A stretch of 64,000 bases of DNA from Candidatus Eiseniibacteriota bacterium (GCA_963717505.1 OY970342.1:2336001-2400000); one strand, 5' to 3'; numbered from the stretch's first letter, positions 30,295 to 41,330 are shown. Program-made: numbers and translations. Notes: generated from the letters alone by a model not told the origin.

Positions 30295-31446
30295 ATGCCG
30301 ACGATTGCGTACGACCTGCGCTATGCCACCGATCACTTCCCCGGGATCGGGCGCCACACCTTTTGCCTGCTCGAGTCCCTGCTCGAGCTTCCGGGACCCG
30401 AGCGCTACCTGGTGCTCTGGAATCCGGCCCTGAGCCTGACCCGCTTCGATCTGGATCCGATCCGCCGCCACCCGCGGGTGACCTGGGCCGAGCGTCCGAT
30501 TTCACCGTTGGCGCCGATGTCGGTCCTGGCCCTGGGTACCTTTCTGCGCGAGACCCGGCCCGACCTCTACTTCAGCCCCTTCCATTTCATGCCGGTTTCG
30601 CCGGGCTGCCCGTGCATCGTCATGATCCACGACGTGTGGCCGCTGCGCTTCCGTTACGCGCTCTCGGCATGGAAGCGGATGCTCTACCGGTTGTCCCTCG
30701 GGCAATCGTTGCGTGCGCGACTGATCGTGACGCCGAGTCGCTTCAGCCGAGACGAGATGGTGGCGCTGCTCGGGGTCGATCCGGCGCGCATCCGGGTGGT
30801 GCGCCAGGGGGCGCCGGCGTTGCGCGCACGGGTCACGGCGCGACGGCCGGCAGATTTGCCCGATCGTCCGTTCGCGCTCACGGTCGGGCTCAACTATCCG
30901 TACAAGAACCTCGGCGTGGTGGTCGACGCGTGGGCTCGACTCGGCGACGCGGCCCCGCTCGAGTTGGTCGCGGCCGGGCGCGAGCTGGAACGCTATCCGA
31001 CGGTATCGGAGATGGCGCGCGAGCGGGGTGCTTCCCGGGTCACCGCCCTCGGGCACGTCGCCGAGGAGGAGCTCGAATGGCTCTACCAGAACGCCACCAT
31101 CCTTCTGTTCCCTTCCACCTACGAAGGGTTCGGCTTCCCGCTGGTCGAGGCCTTCCAGCGTGGACTGCCGGCAATCGTCTCCGACATCCCGGCACTGCGC
31201 GAGCTGGACACGGGTGCGGCGCGCTTAATCGCAGCCGACGATGTCGCGGGCTGGGCCGCGGCGGTCTCCGAACTCGCCGGCGATGCCGTGACGCGCGAGC
31301 GGATGAGCGTTCAGGGTCGCGCGCGCGCCGAGGAGCTGAGCTACGACCTCACCGCGCGCACCATGCTGGCGGTGCTGCGCGAGGGGCTCGCGCGCGGAGA
31401 CCACGGGACGATCGCGATCGCCGCCACCGAAGCCGCACCGAGCTGA
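30295..31446 (+). CDS. GT4 (group 1) glycosyltransferase
   Basis: GIGR, IHDVWP, PYKNL, FPSTYEGFGFPLVEA, SDIP. Confidence 0.92.
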   Translation: MPTIAYDLRYATDHFPGIGRHTFCLLESLLELPGPERYLVLWNPALSLTRFDLDPIRRHPRVTWAERPISPLAPMSVLALGTFLRETRPDLYFSPFHFMPVSPGCPCIVMIHDVWPLRFRYALSAWKRMLYRLSLGQSLRARLIVTPSRFSRDEMVALLGVDPARIRVVRQGAPALRARVTARRPADLPDRPFALTVGLNYPYKNLGVVVDAWARLGDAAPLELVAAGRELERYPTVSEMARERGASRVTALGHVAEEELEWLYQNATILLFPSTYEGFGFPLVEAFQRGLPAIVSDIPALRELDTGAARLIAADDVAGWAAAVSELAGDAVTRERMSVQGRARAEELSYDLTARTMLAVLREGLARGDHGTIAIAATEAAPS

Positions 31447-31547
31447 GGCAGGCCGCCGAAGTCTTGACAGAGCCCTTGCAGGGGTGATACACGGCGGGGC
31501 TGACCTGCCGCGCCGTGGACCCCGAGACACGTCCCCCGAGAACCTGA

Positions 31548-32402
31548 ATGACCTCGATTGGAACGGGCTTGCCCGAAGGCGCGACCGAAACCCACAAGTC
31601 GGTCTACGCGACGCCCAAGCAAGTGGCGAGCCTCGCGGACTGCTACTTCTATCACACCATGGACATCCCCGGGCACGGCTTGGTCCAGGGCGAGTGGGAT
31701 CTTCGGGGCGGTGAGCAGGAATACCTGGGACGGGTCGATCTGCGCGGCAAACGCGTCCTCGAGCTGGGAACGGCCAGCGGCTTCCTGTGCTTCGCCATGG
31801 AGAAGATGGGCGCCGAGGTCGTGGCGATCGATCTTTCCGAGAACGATTCCTGGGACATCGTCCCGTACGCGACGCTCGACGTCGACAAGCTGATCAGCGA
31901 GCGCAGGGCGCACATCCGAAAGCAGCACAATGGCTACTGGCTCGCGCACCGGGCGTTCAACTCGAAGGCGCGGGTCGTCTACTCGAGCGTCTACCAGATC
32001 CCGACCTCGATCGGGCCGTTCGACGTCACCACCCTCGGCTCGATCCTGCTCCACCTCCGCGATCCCCTGACCGCGCTCGAGCGCGCGCTGTCGATGACGC
32101 GCGAGACCGTGATCATCACCGAGATCCCGACTCAGTTTCAGCGGCTAACCCGCATGGCGTGGACGCGGCTCGTCGGCCAGGGGCTGTTCAGCCGGTTCAT
32201 CAAGCCCCGGATGGAGTTCCTGCCGAACGCGAAGGCCCAGGCGCCGTGGGAGACCTGGTGGTACATCTCACCCGAGCTGATCGCCCAGTGGATCAGCGTG
32301 CTCGGCTTCTCGGACATCACGTTCAGCTACCACACCCAGAGCTACCTGGGTCGCAAGGTTCCGCTCTACACCCTGGTCGGACGCCGGCCGCGCCCGCGCT
32401 AG
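31548..32402 (+). CDS. Class I SAM-dependent methyltransferase
   Basis: RVLELGTASGF, FDV...ILLHLRDP. Confidence 0.85.
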   Translation: MTSIGTGLPEGATETHKSVYATPKQVASLADCYFYHTMDIPGHGLVQGEWDLRGGEQEYLGRVDLRGKRVLELGTASGFLCFAMEKMGAEVVAIDLSENDSWDIVPYATLDVDKLISERRAHIRKQHNGYWLAHRAFNSKARVVYSSVYQIPTSIGPFDVTTLGSILLHLRDPLTALERALSMTRETVIITEIPTQFQRLTRMAWTRLVGQGLFSRFIKPRMEFLPNAKAQAPWETWWYISPELIAQWISVLGFSDITFSYHTQSYLGRKVPLYTLVGRRPRPR

Positions 32403-32403
32403 C

Positions 32404-33000
32404 CTAAGCGTCGACCATCGCGCCTCGCACCAGGCGCACGATCTCGTCGGGCGGCACCTCCTGGCCCAGGACCGTGGTGCGCACGTAGCCGCGCCGGTCG
32501 AGGATCAACAGGCCCGGACGCGTGTTCGGGTGAATCGAATCCCGCAATCCGTAGAGTGACGAGACTTCGCCGGTGCCGTCGGCGAGGAGCAGGAAGGTCA
32601 GATCCTTGCGATCGGCGTGCGCCTGCACCGTCTGCGGCTTCTCGCGGACTACGGCGACGACCCGGGCTCCGAGTAGTCGCAGCTCGCGCTCGATCGTCTG
32701 CAGCTGCCCGGTTGGGGTCGCGCGATCGGAGAACACCAGCGCCACCCAGTCGCCGCGCAACGACGAGAGGCGCACCGAGCGTCCGTTCGAACCTTCCAGC
32801 TCGAAGTCCGGCGCTCGATCCCCAGGATAGACGCGCGCGATCGTCTCGCCTGAGGCCCGCGGCGTCACCGACTCGCCGCTGGGTTGGGGTGGTGGCGCCG
32901 GCGCTGCGGGCAACTTGCTCTGTGCGCGCGCCACGGGGGGGACGAAGCTCACGGCAACCACTACCGCGAGCGGGACCAACCACGAAAGAACCCTGTTCAT
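32404..33000 (-). CDS. Exported AhpC/TSA (redoxin) fold protein lacking cysteine
   Basis: Signal peptide; GDRAPDFEL, SLRGDWVALVF, FLLLAD, LILDRRGYVR; no Cys. Confidence 0.75.
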   Translation of the reverse strand: MNRVLSWLVPLAVVVAVSFVPPVARAQSKLPAAPAPPPQPSGESVTPRASGETIARVYPGDRAPDFELEGSNGRSVRLSSLRGDWVALVFSDRATPTGQLQTIERELRLLGARVVAVVREKPQTVQAHADRKDLTFLLLADGTGEVSSLYGLRDSIHPNTRPGLLILDRRGYVRTTVLGQEVPPDEIVRLVRGAMVDA

Positions 33001-33036
33001 CGCATGCCTCCCGGTCGGAGATGGTCGCGATTCCCT

Positions 33037-34050
33037 TCAGGGTGCGCGGCCGTGACTCAACAGGTTCTCCACTGCATCCCTTGCAGCGCGGAGATTCTCG
33101 GATCGTGCGTCGGGTGGAATCGAACAGCCCGGGGCCACCAGCCAACGACGGCCCTGCGTGCGCTCGAAACCCTGCAGCAGCTCGGCGACCACGTCATCGG
33201 GGGTGCCGTTGACGATCGCGCCCTCGTGGGCGACGCCGCCCATCGCGGCGGCACGCATGCTCCCCTGGGCGCGATCGAGGGACGGATTGGTCGGATCGGT
33301 CGCGGCCCACGAGAACGCGTGGACCGGGTAGTCGGTCAGCTCGAGCAGCAGGTTGTTGCCCCGGCACACGTGCAGCACGTTGAACCGCGCCGCCGAGGCG
33401 GCCGCCATGACGCGCAGGTCGGTGGGGCGTGCCCATGCCCGATAGGCCTCGGGACTCATGAGCGATCGCTCGGCCCAGTCCACGGTGGCGAAGTAGATGC
33501 CGTCGGCGCCGGCCGCGAGCACGGCGGGGACGAAGGCCTCGAACGTCTCGGTTACGGCGTCGAGGGCCGCGCGCACTTCCGAGGGTGAGGCCTCCATGTG
33601 CGCGCGCAGTACTGCCGGCGACTGGACCATCTCGCCCAGCACCGCGAGCGGAGTGAAGACCGTCTCGATCAGCGGCACGTCCTTGGGCAGTCCGCGACGC
33701 ACCAGGCGCACGGCTTCGATCTGTTCGGCCAAGGCGCCGCGATCGGCCGGCTGTCGGGTGATCGCGCGCCAGTCCGACGCACGCTGAACCGGCCAGGACT
33801 CGAGCACGGGTTTCTCGCCCGGCTGGCCGCTATAGAGGTAGCGAACGCCCCACGGCTCGACGTGATAGTGCTTGCGCGGATTGAGCTTGACCCAATCCCA
33901 GAGGTACTCGCGCTGCAGGTCGAGCGTCGCGGCGGCCAGGTCGTCCGCCGAGGATTCGCGATGATAAACGTGGCCCCAGAAGGAGACCGGGGGACGATCG
34001 ACCGGTGCTCCCTCGAGTGCAGCCCACACCCGTTCGCGCGGGGTCATCAT
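33037..34050 (-). CDS. Uroporphyrinogen decarboxylase family protein
   Basis: TPRERV, DRPPV, AGADGIYF, LHVC, APGCSIP. Confidence 0.8.
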   Translation of the reverse strand: MMTPRERVWAALEGAPVDRPPVSFWGHVYHRESSADDLAAATLDLQREYLWDWVKLNPRKHYHVEPWGVRYLYSGQPGEKPVLESWPVQRASDWRAITRQPADRGALAEQIEAVRLVRRGLPKDVPLIETVFTPLAVLGEMVQSPAVLRAHMEASPSEVRAALDAVTETFEAFVPAVLAAGADGIYFATVDWAERSLMSPEAYRAWARPTDLRVMAAASAARFNVLHVCRGNNLLLELTDYPVHAFSWAATDPTNPSLDRAQGSMRAAAMGGVAHEGAIVNGTPDDVVAELLQGFERTQGRRWLVAPGCSIPPDARSENLRAARDAVENLLSHGRAP

Positions 34051-34195
34051 CAGTGGCGCCTCCGGATGGCGGACGAAGCCATCCGTCTGGACCTATGATC
34101 CTAGTCCTCGGCCCCGCGTCCAGACAACGTGAGATTTGGAGCGCCTGCGGCCGCAGCGCTTGCGTTCTCGCCGGCACTGATCCAGCGTCGGGGCA

Positions 34196-34777
34196 ATGCC
34201 CCATTGCTGCGTCGGTTCGGGCCTGCCGCGGTCCGCTGCATTGCTGTGCGTCCTGGTCCTGGGTTGCGGTCGGAACGAGCCCCGTCGCGGCGATACGCTC
34301 GCGATCGGAGTCGATGTGCGCGCCGACAGCGCCGGGACGGTGATGACGATCCAACCGCCGCCTCTGGCGCGCATCTGGGTGGCGCGCGTCGCGCCGGTTC
34401 GACCCTCCGCGGGCTCGCTCGATTTCGCGCCCACCGAGCCGACCCCGGACTCGGTGATCGTCGAAATGCCGCCGGCGCCGCATCTGCTGATCGACGACGA
34501 CTTGAAGGCGCCGATCCCTCGGCGGGCGCCGGTCTTGAGCGTGCCGCTCCGGTACGCGCGCCAGCGGAGCGTGATCTCGATCGAGATGGATGTTCGCGTG
34601 GATGCCGACGGCTCGGTGTCGGACGCGTTGTGGGCCGGGGGCAGCAATGATCCGGAGCTGGTCCAGGCCGCGACCCAATGCGCCCTGACCATGTCGTTCT
34701 ACCCGGCGCTCCAGGGCGGCAAGCCGGTTCCGGTGTGGTGCCGGCAGCGATTCGACTTCGGCAGTGGGGTGCGTTGA
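34196..34777 (+). CDS. TonB C-terminal domain protein (possible lipoprotein)
   Basis: LVLGC lipobox-like; VRVDADGSV, FYPALQGGKPV. Confidence 0.65.
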   Translation: MPHCCVGSGLPRSAALLCVLVLGCGRNEPRRGDTLAIGVDVRADSAGTVMTIQPPPLARIWVARVAPVRPSAGSLDFAPTEPTPDSVIVEMPPAPHLLIDDDLKAPIPRRAPVLSVPLRYARQRSVISIEMDVRVDADGSVSDALWAGGSNDPELVQAATQCALTMSFYPALQGGKPVPVWCRQRFDFGSGVR

Positions 34778-34851
34778 CCGAACCGAGCCCAGGGACTAGC
34801 GTCCCCGAGCCGATGCCGCGCGCCCCCTCGACTGAATCCGCGACTCCCGCG

Positions 34852-35850
34852 ATGACCACGCCGTCGTTCGACCGCAGCCGGCTGGACGCGATCCTCGACC
34901 GCTTTGCCGGCCGGCGCATCGCCGTGCTCGGCGACTGCATGCTCGACCGCTACCTGTGGGGCCGGGTCGAGCGCATCTCGCCCGAGGCTCCGGTGCCGGT
35001 GGTCGAGATCGAACGCGAGACCCTGTCGCTCGGCGGCGCCGGCAACGTCGCCGCCAATCTGCGCGCCCTGGGGGGAGTCCCGATCCTGTGTTCGGTCGTC
35101 GGCGACGACGACGACGGGCGCCGGCTCGCCAACGAGCTCGAATCGCGCGGCGTCGAAGTTCGCGCGCTGGTCAGCGACCCCGGACGACCGACCACCGTGA
35201 AGACTCGGATCATCGCGCACGCGCAGCAGGTGGTGCGCGCCGATCGCGAGTCACGCTCCGACCTCGCGGGCGAGACGCTGCGGCGCCTGATCGCCGCGGT
35301 CGAGCGCGAACTGGGCGGCTGCGAGGGGCTGGTGGTCAGCGACTACGGCAAGGGCGTGATTCACCCCGGGACGCTGGCCCCGGCGCTCTTGGCGGCCCGT
35401 GCGCGTGAATTGCCGGTGGGCGTCGATCCCAAGGAAAGCCACATCGACGCCTATCGCGGGGTCAGCATCCTGACGCCGAATCAGCACGAAGCCGGCTACG
35501 TCCAGGGACGCCGGATCGTCGACGAGCCGAGCCTGCTCGAGGTCGGCTGGGGCTTGCAGAAACGAGTCGACGCCGAAGCGGTGCTGATCACCCGCGGCCC
35601 GCAGGGCATGAGTCTGTTCGAGCGGGGCGGGCGCTACACGTACCTGCCGACCGCGGCGCGCGAGGTCTACGACGTCACCGGCGCCGGCGACACGGTGGTC
35701 AGCGCCGTGACGCTGGCCCTGGCGGCGGGCGCCGACTATCCGAGCGCCTGTTACCTGTCGAACCACGCCGCGGGGCGTGTGATCCGCGAGGTCGGGACCG
35801 CCACGTGTACGGTGGCCGAGATCCGCGCGTCGCTGGACGGCAGGGGGTGA
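34852..35850 (+). CDS. rfaE1: D-glycero-beta-D-manno-heptose-7-phosphate kinase (RfaE domain I)
   Basis: RISPEAPVPVV, GGAGNVA, SDYGKG, DVTGAGDT. Confidence 0.93.
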   Translation: MTTPSFDRSRLDAILDRFAGRRIAVLGDCMLDRYLWGRVERISPEAPVPVVEIERETLSLGGAGNVAANLRALGGVPILCSVVGDDDDGRRLANELESRGVEVRALVSDPGRPTTVKTRIIAHAQQVVRADRESRSDLAGETLRRLIAAVERELGGCEGLVVSDYGKGVIHPGTLAPALLAARARELPVGVDPKESHIDAYRGVSILTPNQHEAGYVQGRRIVDEPSLLEVGWGLQKRVDAEAVLITRGPQGMSLFERGGRYTYLPTAAREVYDVTGAGDTVVSAVTLALAAGADYPSACYLSNHAAGRVIREVGTATCTVAEIRASLDGRG

Positions 35851-36335
35851 ACGCGAGCCCGCTCTCGGTGGAGCAGCGCGCGACCCTCGAGGGCTGGCGC
35901 GCCGCCGGACAGCGAATCGTGTTCACCAACGGGGTGTTCGACCTCCTGCACCGTGGCCACGTCGAGTACCTCGAGGACGCTCGCCGGCTCGGAGATCGAC
36001 TGGTGGTCGGCGTCAACTCCGACGCCTCGGTCACCCGGCTCAAGGGAACGAGCCGCCCGCTGGTCGCCGAGCACGAGCGTGCCGAATTGCTCGCGGCACT
36101 CGAATGCGTCGACCTGGTGGTTGTGTTCGCAGACGACACGCCGCAGGCACTGATCGAGGCGGTGGCACCCGACGTGCTCGCCAAGGGTGGCGACTGGGCG
36201 CTCGACCGCATCGTCGGCCGCAAGTTCGTCGAGGCGCGCGGCGGCCAGGTGGTGCAGGTGCCGGTGCGCGCGGGCTGGAGCACCACGTCGATCGTCGATC
36301 GAATCCTGGCGGGGAAAACCGCGCTCGACCCCTAG
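35847..36335 (+). CDS. rfaE2: Heptose 1-phosphate adenylyltransferase (RfaE domain II)
   Basis: FTNGVFDLLHRGH, GVNSDASV, KGGDW, STT. Confidence 0.93.
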   Translation: MNASPLSVEQRATLEGWRAAGQRIVFTNGVFDLLHRGHVEYLEDARRLGDRLVVGVNSDASVTRLKGTSRPLVAEHERAELLAALECVDLVVVFADDTPQALIEAVAPDVLAKGGDWALDRIVGRKFVEARGGQVVQVPVRAGWSTTSIVDRILAGKTALDP

Positions 36336-36379
36336 CGGTTTCGGCGCCGGAGTGCGGGCCCACCGCGTGCGCGACCGGC

Positions 36380-36408
36380 TTGATTGCCGCCGAGGCGAAG
36401 CGTACATT
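36380..36408 (+). promoter_or_regulatory. Sigma70-type promoter for ALDH-sucCD
   Basis: TTGATT-17-TACATT. Confidence 0.5.
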
Positions 36409-36512
36409 CTCACGTCCTTTTCACTTCGCGCCGGTCGCGCTGCAATCCGCGATTCCACAGCCGGCGGCGCGGTTTCGCCGACGACCTCGCGGTCGCGCAC
36501 GCTCGGGACACC

Positions 36513-37997
36513 ATGGCGCAGACGTTCCACAACTTCATCGCCGGCCGCTGGATTCCGGCACGTTCGGGGCGCACGTTCGCCAACCTGAACCCGGCGACCG
36601 GCGAGACGATCGGCTCGTTCCCGGACTCGGAAGCGGCCGACGTCGCCGACGCGGTCGCGGCGGCGCGCGCGGCGTTTCGCGCCTGGTCGCTGACCCCGGC
36701 GCCCAAGCGCGCCGAGCTGCTCTATCGGCTCGGGTCGCTGATCGCGACCCGCAAGGACGATCTGGCGCGCGGCGCCACCCGCGAGATGGGGAAGATCCTG
36801 ATCGAGACGCTGGGCGACGTGCAGGAAGGCGTCGACATGGCGTTCCTCGCGGGCGGGGAAGGGCGTCGCATGTACGGCGTCACCACCCCGAGCGAGATGC
36901 CCAACAAGTGGGCGATGTCGGTGCGCGCCCCGCTCGGTGTGGTCGGTGTGATCACGGCGTGGAACTTTCCCTTCGCGGTGCCGACCTGGAAGATCTTCCC
37001 GGCGCTGGTCGCCGGCAACACCGTGGTGTTCAAGCCCTCGGAGCTGTCGCCCGAGACCGGCGTCCGCCTGGCGGAGTTGATCGCCGAGGTCGGGTTCCCG
37101 CCGGGCGTGCTCAACCTGGTCCACGGCGACGGGCCCAAGTGCGGCTGGCCGCTGGTCCAGCATACGGACGTCGATCTGATCTCGTTCACCGGCTCGAACG
37201 CGGTCGGCGGCAAGATCGCCGAGGAGTGCGCGCGCACCGGCAAACGCGTGTCGCTGGAAATGGGCGGCAAGAACGCGGTGATCGTCCTCGACGACGCCGA
37301 TCTGGTGCTGGCGGCGGATGCGCTGTCGTGGAGCGCGTTCGGCACCACCGGCCAGCGCTGCACCGCCTGCAGCCGTGCGATCGTTCACCAGAAGGTGCAC
37401 GACGAGCTGCTGCAGCTCGTGGTCCAGCGTGCGAACGCGCTCAAGCTGGGCGACGGCCTCGATCCCGCGACCCAGATGGGGCCGGTGGTCAGCCAGAAGC
37501 AACTCGAGCGGGTCCACGAATACGTCGGCGTCGGCCAGCGCGAGGGGGCGAAGCCGGTGGCGGGCGGTGAGCGAGCGACCGGCGGCGACCTGGCGCGCGG
37601 CTCGTTCTACCGGCCCACCGTGTTCGACGCGGTGACGCCGGGCATGCGCATCGCCCAGGAAGAGATCTTCGGGCCGGTGCTGAGCTTCATTCGCGTGGCG
37701 TCGCTCGACGAAGCGATCGCGGTCAACAACGCGACGCGCTACGGACTGTCGTCCTCGATCTTCACCGCCGACGTCAATCGCGCGTTCCAGGCCATGCGCG
37801 ATCTCGCGACCGGAATCGTCTACGTCAATCACGGCACGACCGGGGCCGAAACGCACCTGCCGTTCGGCGGGGTGCGCGGGACCGGCAACGGTCACCGCGA
37901 GGCCGGGCACACGATGCTCGACGCGTTCACCGAGTGGAAGAGCATCTACGTGGACTTCAGCGGCCGCATTCAGCGGGCGCAGATCGACAACAACTGA
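36513..37997 (+). CDS. Aldehyde dehydrogenase family protein
   Basis: WNFP, FTGS, LEMGGKN, GQRCTA, EEIFGP. Confidence 0.95.
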   Translation: MAQTFHNFIAGRWIPARSGRTFANLNPATGETIGSFPDSEAADVADAVAAARAAFRAWSLTPAPKRAELLYRLGSLIATRKDDLARGATREMGKILIETLGDVQEGVDMAFLAGGEGRRMYGVTTPSEMPNKWAMSVRAPLGVVGVITAWNFPFAVPTWKIFPALVAGNTVVFKPSELSPETGVRLAELIAEVGFPPGVLNLVHGDGPKCGWPLVQHTDVDLISFTGSNAVGGKIAEECARTGKRVSLEMGGKNAVIVLDDADLVLAADALSWSAFGTTGQRCTACSRAIVHQKVHDELLQLVVQRANALKLGDGLDPATQMGPVVSQKQLERVHEYVGVGQREGAKPVAGGERATGGDLARGSFYRPTVFDAVTPGMRIAQEEIFGPVLSFIRVASLDEAIAVNNATRYGLSSSIFTADVNRAFQAMRDLATGIVYVNHGTTGAETHLPFGGVRGTGNGHREAGHTMLDAFTEWKSIYVDFSGRIQRAQIDNN

Positions 37998-38028
37998 CCG
38001 AGCGCCGCGCGCGACGCCGGGAGGAGCG

Positions 38029-39192
38029 ATGAACCTTCACGAATATCAGGGCAAGGAGCTGTTCGCGCGCTTCGGGCTGCCGGTGCTGCCCGGCCAGGTC
38101 GCGACCACGCCCGAGGAGGCGCGCGACGTCGCCGCCTCGATCGGGGGCACGGTGGTGATCAAGGCCCAGGTCCAGGCCGGCGGGCGCGGCAAGGCCGGCG
38201 GCGTGAAGCTCGCCCACACTTCGGACGAGGCGTTCGAGAAGGCGCGCGACATTTTGAGCCTGACCATCAAGGGCCTGCCGGTGCGCCGCGTGCTGGTGGC
38301 CCAGGCGGCCGACATCGCGCGCGAGCTGTACCTGGCGATCGTGCTCGATCGCTCGGCCAAGCTGCCGCTGATGATGCTGTCGGGCGAAGGCGGCATCGAC
38401 ATCGAGGAAGTGGCGCGCGTAGCACCGGAGAAGATCGTGCGGCGACACCTGCCGCTGACCGGCATCCGGTCGTGGGAAGCGCGCGCGATCATGAAGCCGT
38501 TGTTCCCCGATCCGAAGCAGGCGGCGCAGGCGGCGGACATCCTGATGAAGTTGTGGCGTGTGTATGCGGAAGGCGACTGCTCGCTCGCCGAGATCAACCC
38601 GCTGGCCGTGACCCCCGAGGGCCGCGTGGTGGCACTCGACGCCAAGGTGATCCTCGACGACAACGCCGAGTTCCGGCACCGGGACTGGGAGTCGTGGCGG
38701 GAGGGCGCCGACGAGACGGCGGCGGCGCGGCTGGCGCGCGAGAAGGGGCTGTCCTACGTCAAGCTCGACGGCGACATCGGCTGCATCGTCAACGGCGCCG
38801 GCCTGGCCATGGCGACCATGGACCTGATCAAGCACTACGGCGGCGAGCCCGCGAACTTCCTCGACATCGGCGGCTCGTCGAATCCCGACAAGGTGACCGC
38901 CGCACTGCGGATCATCACCACCGATTCGACACCGCGCGACGGCGCGCCGTCGCGGGTGCGGGCGATCCTCTTCAACATCTTCGGCGGCATCACCCGCTGT
39001 GACGACGTCGCGCGCGGCATCGTCCAGTCGCTCGATGCATCGCCGCTCGAGGCGCCGTTGGTCATTCGACTCACCGGCACCAACGAGGACCTGGCGCGGA
39101 AGATCCTCGCCGAGCGCGGGCTGTCGGCGACCACGCAGATGGATGAAGCCGTGCGCATGGTGATCGAGAAGGCCCAGGAGGTGACGGTGTGA
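38029..39192 (+). CDS. sucC: Succinyl-CoA synthetase beta subunit
   Basis: [35 protein letters not shown]. Confidence 0.97.
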   Translation: MNLHEYQGKELFARFGLPVLPGQVATTPEEARDVAASIGGTVVIKAQVQAGGRGKAGGVKLAHTSDEAFEKARDILSLTIKGLPVRRVLVAQAADIARELYLAIVLDRSAKLPLMMLSGEGGIDIEEVARVAPEKIVRRHLPLTGIRSWEARAIMKPLFPDPKQAAQAADILMKLWRVYAEGDCSLAEINPLAVTPEGRVVALDAKVILDDNAEFRHRDWESWREGADETAAARLAREKGLSYVKLDGDIGCIVNGAGLAMATMDLIKHYGGEPANFLDIGGSSNPDKVTAALRIITTDSTPRDGAPSRVRAILFNIFGGITRCDDVARGIVQSLDASPLEAPLVIRLTGTNEDLARKILAERGLSATTQMDEAVRMVIEKAQEVTV

Positions 39193-40238
39193 GCATCCTG
39201 ATCGACAAGAGCACGCGCCTGATCGTCCAGGGAATCACCGGCCGCGACGGGGCCTTCCACGCCAAGCAGATGGTCGAGTACGGCACCAAGGTGGTCGCGG
39301 GCGTGACGCCCGGCAAAGGCGGCGAGTCGATCCACGGTGTGCCGGTGTTCGACAGCGTCGCCGAGGCGGTGCGCGCCACCAAGGCCAACGCCTCGGTCAT
39401 CTACGTTCCAGCGCCGTTCGCGGCCGACGCGGTCGACGAGGCGGTGGATGCCGGAGTCTCGCTGGTCGTGTGCATCACCGAGGGCGTTCCGGTCCGGGAT
39501 GCGCTGAGCTCGTACCATCGGGTCGCGGCGCGGCGGGCGGCGAACGGTGGCGGGCACGCGCCCCCGCGGCTGATCGGCCCCAATTGCCCGGGTCTGATCA
39601 GCCCCGGACTCAGCAAGGTCGGCATCCTGCCCGGACACATCTGCAAGCCCGGTCCGATCGGACTCGTGTCGCGCAGCGGCACGCTGACCTACGAGGTGGT
39701 CCATCAGCTGACGCACGCCGGCCTCGGGCAGTCGACCTGTCTCGGGATCGGCGGCGATCCGGTGATCGGCACCAACTTCATCGACGCGCTCGAGCTGTTC
39801 GAGGCCGATCCCGCCACGCACGCCATCGTGCTGATCGGCGAGATCGGCGGCACCGACGAGGAGGAGGCGGCGCGCTTCATCAAGCGCCACGTCCGGAAGC
39901 CCGTGGTCGCGTTCGTCGCCGGGCAGACGGCGCCGCCGGGCAAACGAATGGGGCACGCGGGTGCCATCATCTCGGGCGGCAGTGGGACCGCCGCCGAAAA
40001 GATGGCGGCATTCGCCGCCGCGGGTGTGCCGGTGGCGCGCATTCCCTCGGAGATTCCCGCGTTGATTCGCGAGCAGCTCGATCGACGTCGCGCGCGCGCG
40101 CCGCGCGCCGTGGCGGGCAACTCCAAGTCGGCCCCCGCGCGCCGGGCGGCCGCCGGACGCAATGGGTCGGGGCCCGGAAAGTCGCGCCGGGCTGCCAAGG
40201 TCGCCCCCGCCCGCAAGCCGTCGCGCCGAGGTCGCTAG
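39189..40238 (+). CDS. sucD: Succinyl-CoA synthetase alpha subunit with basic C-terminal tail
   Basis: [26 protein letters not shown]. Confidence 0.97.
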   Translation: MSILIDKSTRLIVQGITGRDGAFHAKQMVEYGTKVVAGVTPGKGGESIHGVPVFDSVAEAVRATKANASVIYVPAPFAADAVDEAVDAGVSLVVCITEGVPVRDALSSYHRVAARRAANGGGHAPPRLIGPNCPGLISPGLSKVGILPGHICKPGPIGLVSRSGTLTYEVVHQLTHAGLGQSTCLGIGGDPVIGTNFIDALELFEADPATHAIVLIGEIGGTDEEEAARFIKRHVRKPVVAFVAGQTAPPGKRMGHAGAIISGGSGTAAEKMAAFAAAGVPVARIPSEIPALIREQLDRRRARAPRAVAGNSKSAPARRAAAGRNGSGPGKSRRAAKVAPARKPSRRGR

Positions 40239-40330
40239 AAGCCGGAACAGGTCGTTCCCAGAACTCATCGCACGCCAAGAACCATCATGCGCGGACCCGA
40301 AGCGGCCCGCGCCAGGAGGAAGTCCCAGCC

Positions 40331-40747
40331 ATGGAGCGCACGCTGTTCATCGTCAAGCCCGACGCCGTGAAGCGGAACCTGATCGGCAAGATTCTCGCCC
40401 ACGTCGAAGGCGAGGGGTTCCGCATCGCCGAGGCGCGCCTGGCGCGGCTCCAGCGCGACGAGTGCCAGGCGTTCTACGCCGAGCACCAGGGCAAACCGTT
40501 CTTCAACGATCTGGTCGGATACATGACTTCGGGGCCGGTGCTGCTCGTGTGTCTCGAGCGCGACCAGGCGATCACCCGATTGCGCGAGGTGGTGGGGGCG
40601 ACCGATCCGGACCAGGCCGCGCCGGGCACCATCCGCAAGGTCTTTGGCGAGAGCAAGCAAATGAACTCGGTGCATGCCTCCGACAGCCCGGCCAGCGCCG
40701 AGCGCGAGGTCAAACTCTTCTTCGGGGTCGCCGCCCTCAGCCGGTAG
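40331..40747 (+). CDS. ndk: Nucleoside diphosphate kinase
   Basis: KPDAV, GATDP..APGTIR, NSVHASDS. Confidence 0.97.
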   Translation: MERTLFIVKPDAVKRNLIGKILAHVEGEGFRIAEARLARLQRDECQAFYAEHQGKPFFNDLVGYMTSGPVLLVCLERDQAITRLREVVGATDPDQAAPGTIRKVFGESKQMNSVHASDSPASAEREVKLFFGVAALSR

Positions 40748-40856
40748 CGGACCTCGGAACCGGGCAAGTCGGCCCCCCGAGCGCGGCTAGACGGCCCGGC
40801 CGGGCCTGTGCTAGCGTGGCCCGGTGTCCTGGTCCCGCTTCGGCGGGCTTATTTGT

Positions 40857-41330
40857 ATGTCGGGCTTCACGATTGTCCTCCCGGCCTTGGCGCCGGGCGC
40901 GAGCCATGTCCGGCTGGAGGCGCAGGCCGATAGCCTTGGGCTCGAGCCCCGGGAATGGCCGGGGGCCGTCACCGGCACGGTCCTGGTCGAGAAGAACGGC
41001 GACCGGGTATCGGTCCGGGGCCGGCTCGAAGCGACCGCAAGGCTCGAGTGCGTTCGCTGCCTGCGCGAGTTCGACATGCCGGTGACCGTGCCGTTCGAAG
41101 TGTTCGCCGAGCGCGCTGCAACCCATCCGCGTAGCGAGGAGGAGGCTCTCGAGCGTGACGGTTACTTCGTGTTCCACGACGGACGCGATCTGAAACTGAA
41201 CCAAGAGGCCCGCGACGCGCTGCTGCTCGAGCTGCCGATGGCGCCGCGCTGCCGCGAGGATTGTGCGGGCCTGTGTCCGCGATGCGGCGCCGACCGAAAC
41301 CAGGGTCCGTGCGCCTGCGCCGCGGACTGA
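40857..41330 (+). CDS. yceD: DUF177/YceD protein
   Basis: CVRCL, CREDCAGLCPRCG; upstream of rpmF. Confidence 0.9.
   Translation: MSGFTIVLPALAPGASHVRLEAQADSLGLEPREWPGAVTGTVLVEKNGDRVSVRGRLEATARLECVRCLREFDMPVTVPFEVFAERAATHPRSEEEALERDGYFVFHDGRDLKLNQEARDALLLELPMAPRCREDCAGLCPRCGADRNQGPCACAAD

Noticed and set aside
40834-40856. UUCG hairpin (CCCGC-TTCG-GCGGG) before yceD as a riboswitch
   Set aside because: Too short, with no aptamer features; at most a leader hairpin
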